In this document: in pieces, positions 60,034-64,000 of the stretch
Layout: each line of letters opens with the position of its first letter
Position numbering within the stretch: position 1 is the first letter of the stretch
Source: Eledone cirrhosa
Lineage: Eukaryota
Reading direction: 5' to 3'
NCBI GenBank assembly: GCA_964016885.1
Contig: OZ024756.1
Coordinates: 42,408,001 to 42,472,000, forward strand
Length of the DNA: 64,000 bases
Position numbers and translations under genes: made by a program
Notes under the pieces: model-generated
Told to the model about the DNA's origin: nothing
Seen by the model: only the letters and a program-made list of their open reading frames with translations
Databases searched by the model: none

Positions 60034-60109
<76 letters not shown>

Positions 60110-60197
60110 TATATATATAATTATATATATAATTATATATATATAATTATATATATATATATATATATATATAATTATATATATATATATATATATA

Positions 60198-60239
<42 letters not shown>

Positions 60240-60253
60240 TATATATATATATA

Positions 60254-60345
<92 letters not shown>

Positions 60346-60348
60346 ATA

Positions 60349-60429
<81 letters not shown>

Positions 60430-60459
60430 ATTATATATATAATATATAATATATATATA

Positions 60460-60500
<41 letters not shown>

Positions 60501-60518
60501 ATATATATATATATATAT

Positions 60519-60656
<138 letters not shown>

Positions 60657-60683
60657 AATTATATATATATATATATATATATA

Positions 60684-60770
<87 letters not shown>

Positions 60771-60785
60771 ATATATTATATATAT

Positions 60786-60983
<198 letters not shown>

Positions 60984-60994
60984 ATATATATATT

Positions 60995-61048
<54 letters not shown>

Positions 61049-61068
61049 ATATATATATATATATATAT

Positions 61069-61111
<43 letters not shown>

Positions 61112-61121
61112 TTATATATAT

Positions 61122-61228
<107 letters not shown>

Positions 61229-61244
61229 TATATATATATATTTA

Positions 61245-61444
61245 NNNNNNNNNNNNNNNNNNNNNNNNNNNNNNNNNNNNNNNNNNNNNNNNNNNNNNNN
61301 NNNNNNNNNNNNNNNNNNNNNNNNNNNNNNNNNNNNNNNNNNNNNNNNNNNNNNNNNNNNNNNNNNNNNNNNNNNNNNNNNNNNNNNNNNNNNNNNNNNN
61401 NNNNNNNNNNNNNNNNNNNNNNNNNNNNNNNNNNNNNNNNNNNN
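61245..61444. other. Assembly gap (200 N)
   Basis: Run of N between an (AT)n tract and a tandem repeat. Confidence 1.
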
Positions 61445-61910
61445 TAGCTGTCGAGACACTGCATCCTTTAAAACCTCCATGGAACAAACTACCTGCATTA
61501 GTTGTTAGCTGTCGAGACACTGCATCCTTTAAAACCTCCATGGAACAAACTACCTGCATCAGTTGTTAGCTGTCAAGACACTGCATCCTTTAAAACCTCC
61601 ATGGAACAAACTACCTGCATCAGTTGTTAGCTGTCGAGACACTGCATCCTTTAAAACCTCCATGGAACAAACTACCTGCATCAGTTGTTAGCTGTCAAGA
61701 CACTGCATCCTTTAAAACCTCCATGCTTCCTGAGATTCGCCAACACTACACCTAATATCTCCCCCTCTATACACACGCATACATGTATTCATGACTCGTA
61801 CACTGTTTGCTTTCCTGACATTTGTACATTATTCTATGAACTATACATGCACCTTTGATGAGTTGTAGTGCACCTGAGCACTGTACACAATAATTTTATT
61901 ATTATTATTA
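61445..61910 (+). repeat. 61-bp tandem array (at least 4.5 copies) formed from a CR1-type LINE ORF2 end, followed by its 3' UTR and (ATT)n tail
   Basis: Unit encodes WNKLPASVVSCRDTASFKTSM; the last copy continues LPEIRQHYT* then ...gcacctgagcactgtacacaataattttattattattatta. Confidence 0.85.
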
Positions 61911-62387
61911 TGACCACATCACCTGAGCCAACTAATTGGGGTCCTTTGTAGTCTGCTCCCAAACTCTATTCTCCATCAGTAATTTTTCTAGGTTGTCTCC
62001 ATTGATTGGGGGGGGGGGGGGGGGGGGGCGTCTAAAAATGTTATAAGCAGGAGAAGAGGAAGATTATAAGTTCCCTCATATATAAACTCCCCTCCACATA
62101 GTATACTTATAGAGCCTAGGTCTAAATCATTTAATTAACCCTTTAGCATTAAAACCGGCCATATCTGGCCAGAATTCTCTCACCTCTTTCTATTTAAATC
62201 AGCCATAACTGGCCACTCATACTGATGTTAAGGTATTGTTCTCAAAATAAATAATATCAAAATCTCATAGATTTGATATTATGTCAGATAATTATGTGAA
62301 GTGAAGTGTTTACCGTGAAAATACAATAGTATATATAGAGTAATGTAAATGGTAAAGGGTTAATTAAATAAAAACATGCCAACTTGC

Positions 62388-62571
62388 CTTCATCTTCATC
62401 GTCTTCTTTGTTCTGATGAGAGGAATATGTATTGAGGAAGTTTGCAATGTCACCACCATTTTCAATTAGTTCCGTGTATGTACCTGTACTGATTACCTTT
62501 CCTTTGTTGATAACTATAACAAAATCAACGAAGGGTAACCAGTGTACACCATGGGTGACCAACAGACGAGT
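62388..62571 (-). CDS. ABCC1: ABCC/MRP transporter, H-loop/linker exon (ABCC1 exon 19 equivalent), GC donor
   Basis: TRLLVTHGVHWLPFVDFVIVINKGKVISTGTYTELIENGGDIANFLNTYSSHQNKEDDEDE. Acceptor cctttcag; ends at AAG|GCAAGT, giving 184 bp. Confidence 0.92.
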
Positions 62572-62609
62572 CTGAAAGGTAGAATAAAACAGGGACAGTA
62601 ATTTGATGG

Positions 62610-62745
62610 TCAATAATTATAGATAGATGTGATTTAGTGATCAATAATTTAGATAGATGTGATTTAATGATCAATACTTATAGATAGATGTGATCTGGTA
62701 ATCAATAATTATAGATAGATGTGATCTGGTGGTCAATAATTATAG
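62610..62745. repeat. 31-bp intronic tandem repeat, 4-5 copies
   Basis: tcaataattatagatagatgtgatttagtga units. Confidence 0.85.
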
Positions 62746-62957
62746 GCAGATATGTCTTCAAAGACCAGTCAGTATTTAAGCAGATCCATTGACCTACAGG
62801 TGGCCCCAGGGCCTGATATATAATCTCATGCTTTTCTGAGTACCTTTTATCATGGCACCAACGCAAGGGAAGTTGTTGCATCCTCTTGTCACAGTTGAAG
62901 AGACCTTCCAACACTTTTTGGGGGCAGGTTTTCAATGGCTGGATACCCTTGCTATCA

Positions 62958-63960
<1,003 letters not shown>

Positions 63961-64000
63961 AAAGTTACAATGCAGTTATTGATAAGAAGAGTTAAAATTA

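Overview
Very AT-rich, repeat-dense animal genomic DNA. The SINE/LINE families look like those of octopus (coleoid cephalopod); this is an inference from remembered repeat sequences. Coding content is all on the minus strand. (i) Three consecutive NBD1-region exons of an ABCC/MRP transporter (62.4-63.8 kb), the last with a GC donor. (ii) An orphan 815-bp terminal exon (51.3-52.1 kb) encoding many TQT-like motifs plus a C-terminal coiled coil. (iii) The last four coding exons of a KIAA0513 (SBF2-domain) orthologue (7.2-13.1 kb), which the ORF track misses. Nearly all listed ORFs are artefacts of (AT)n tracts or minisatellites. The most striking signal is a set of long fold-back (inverted-repeat) elements, often embedded in (AT)n, whose arms carry type-I hammerhead ribozyme motifs. 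These are near-intact at 56.0-56.3, 58.1-58.2 and 59.6-59.9 kb and decayed at several other sites. They match Penelope-like pLTRs, and a decayed Penelope-like GIY-YIG ORF lies at 28.0-28.6 kb. A second theme is that several minisatellites arose by tandem amplification of a piece of a transposable element (RTE, CR1, piggyBac-type MITE, another MITE). A 200-N gap at 61245-61444 and very large (AT)n blocks make long-range gene order uncertain. All calls were made by eye, with no database searches.
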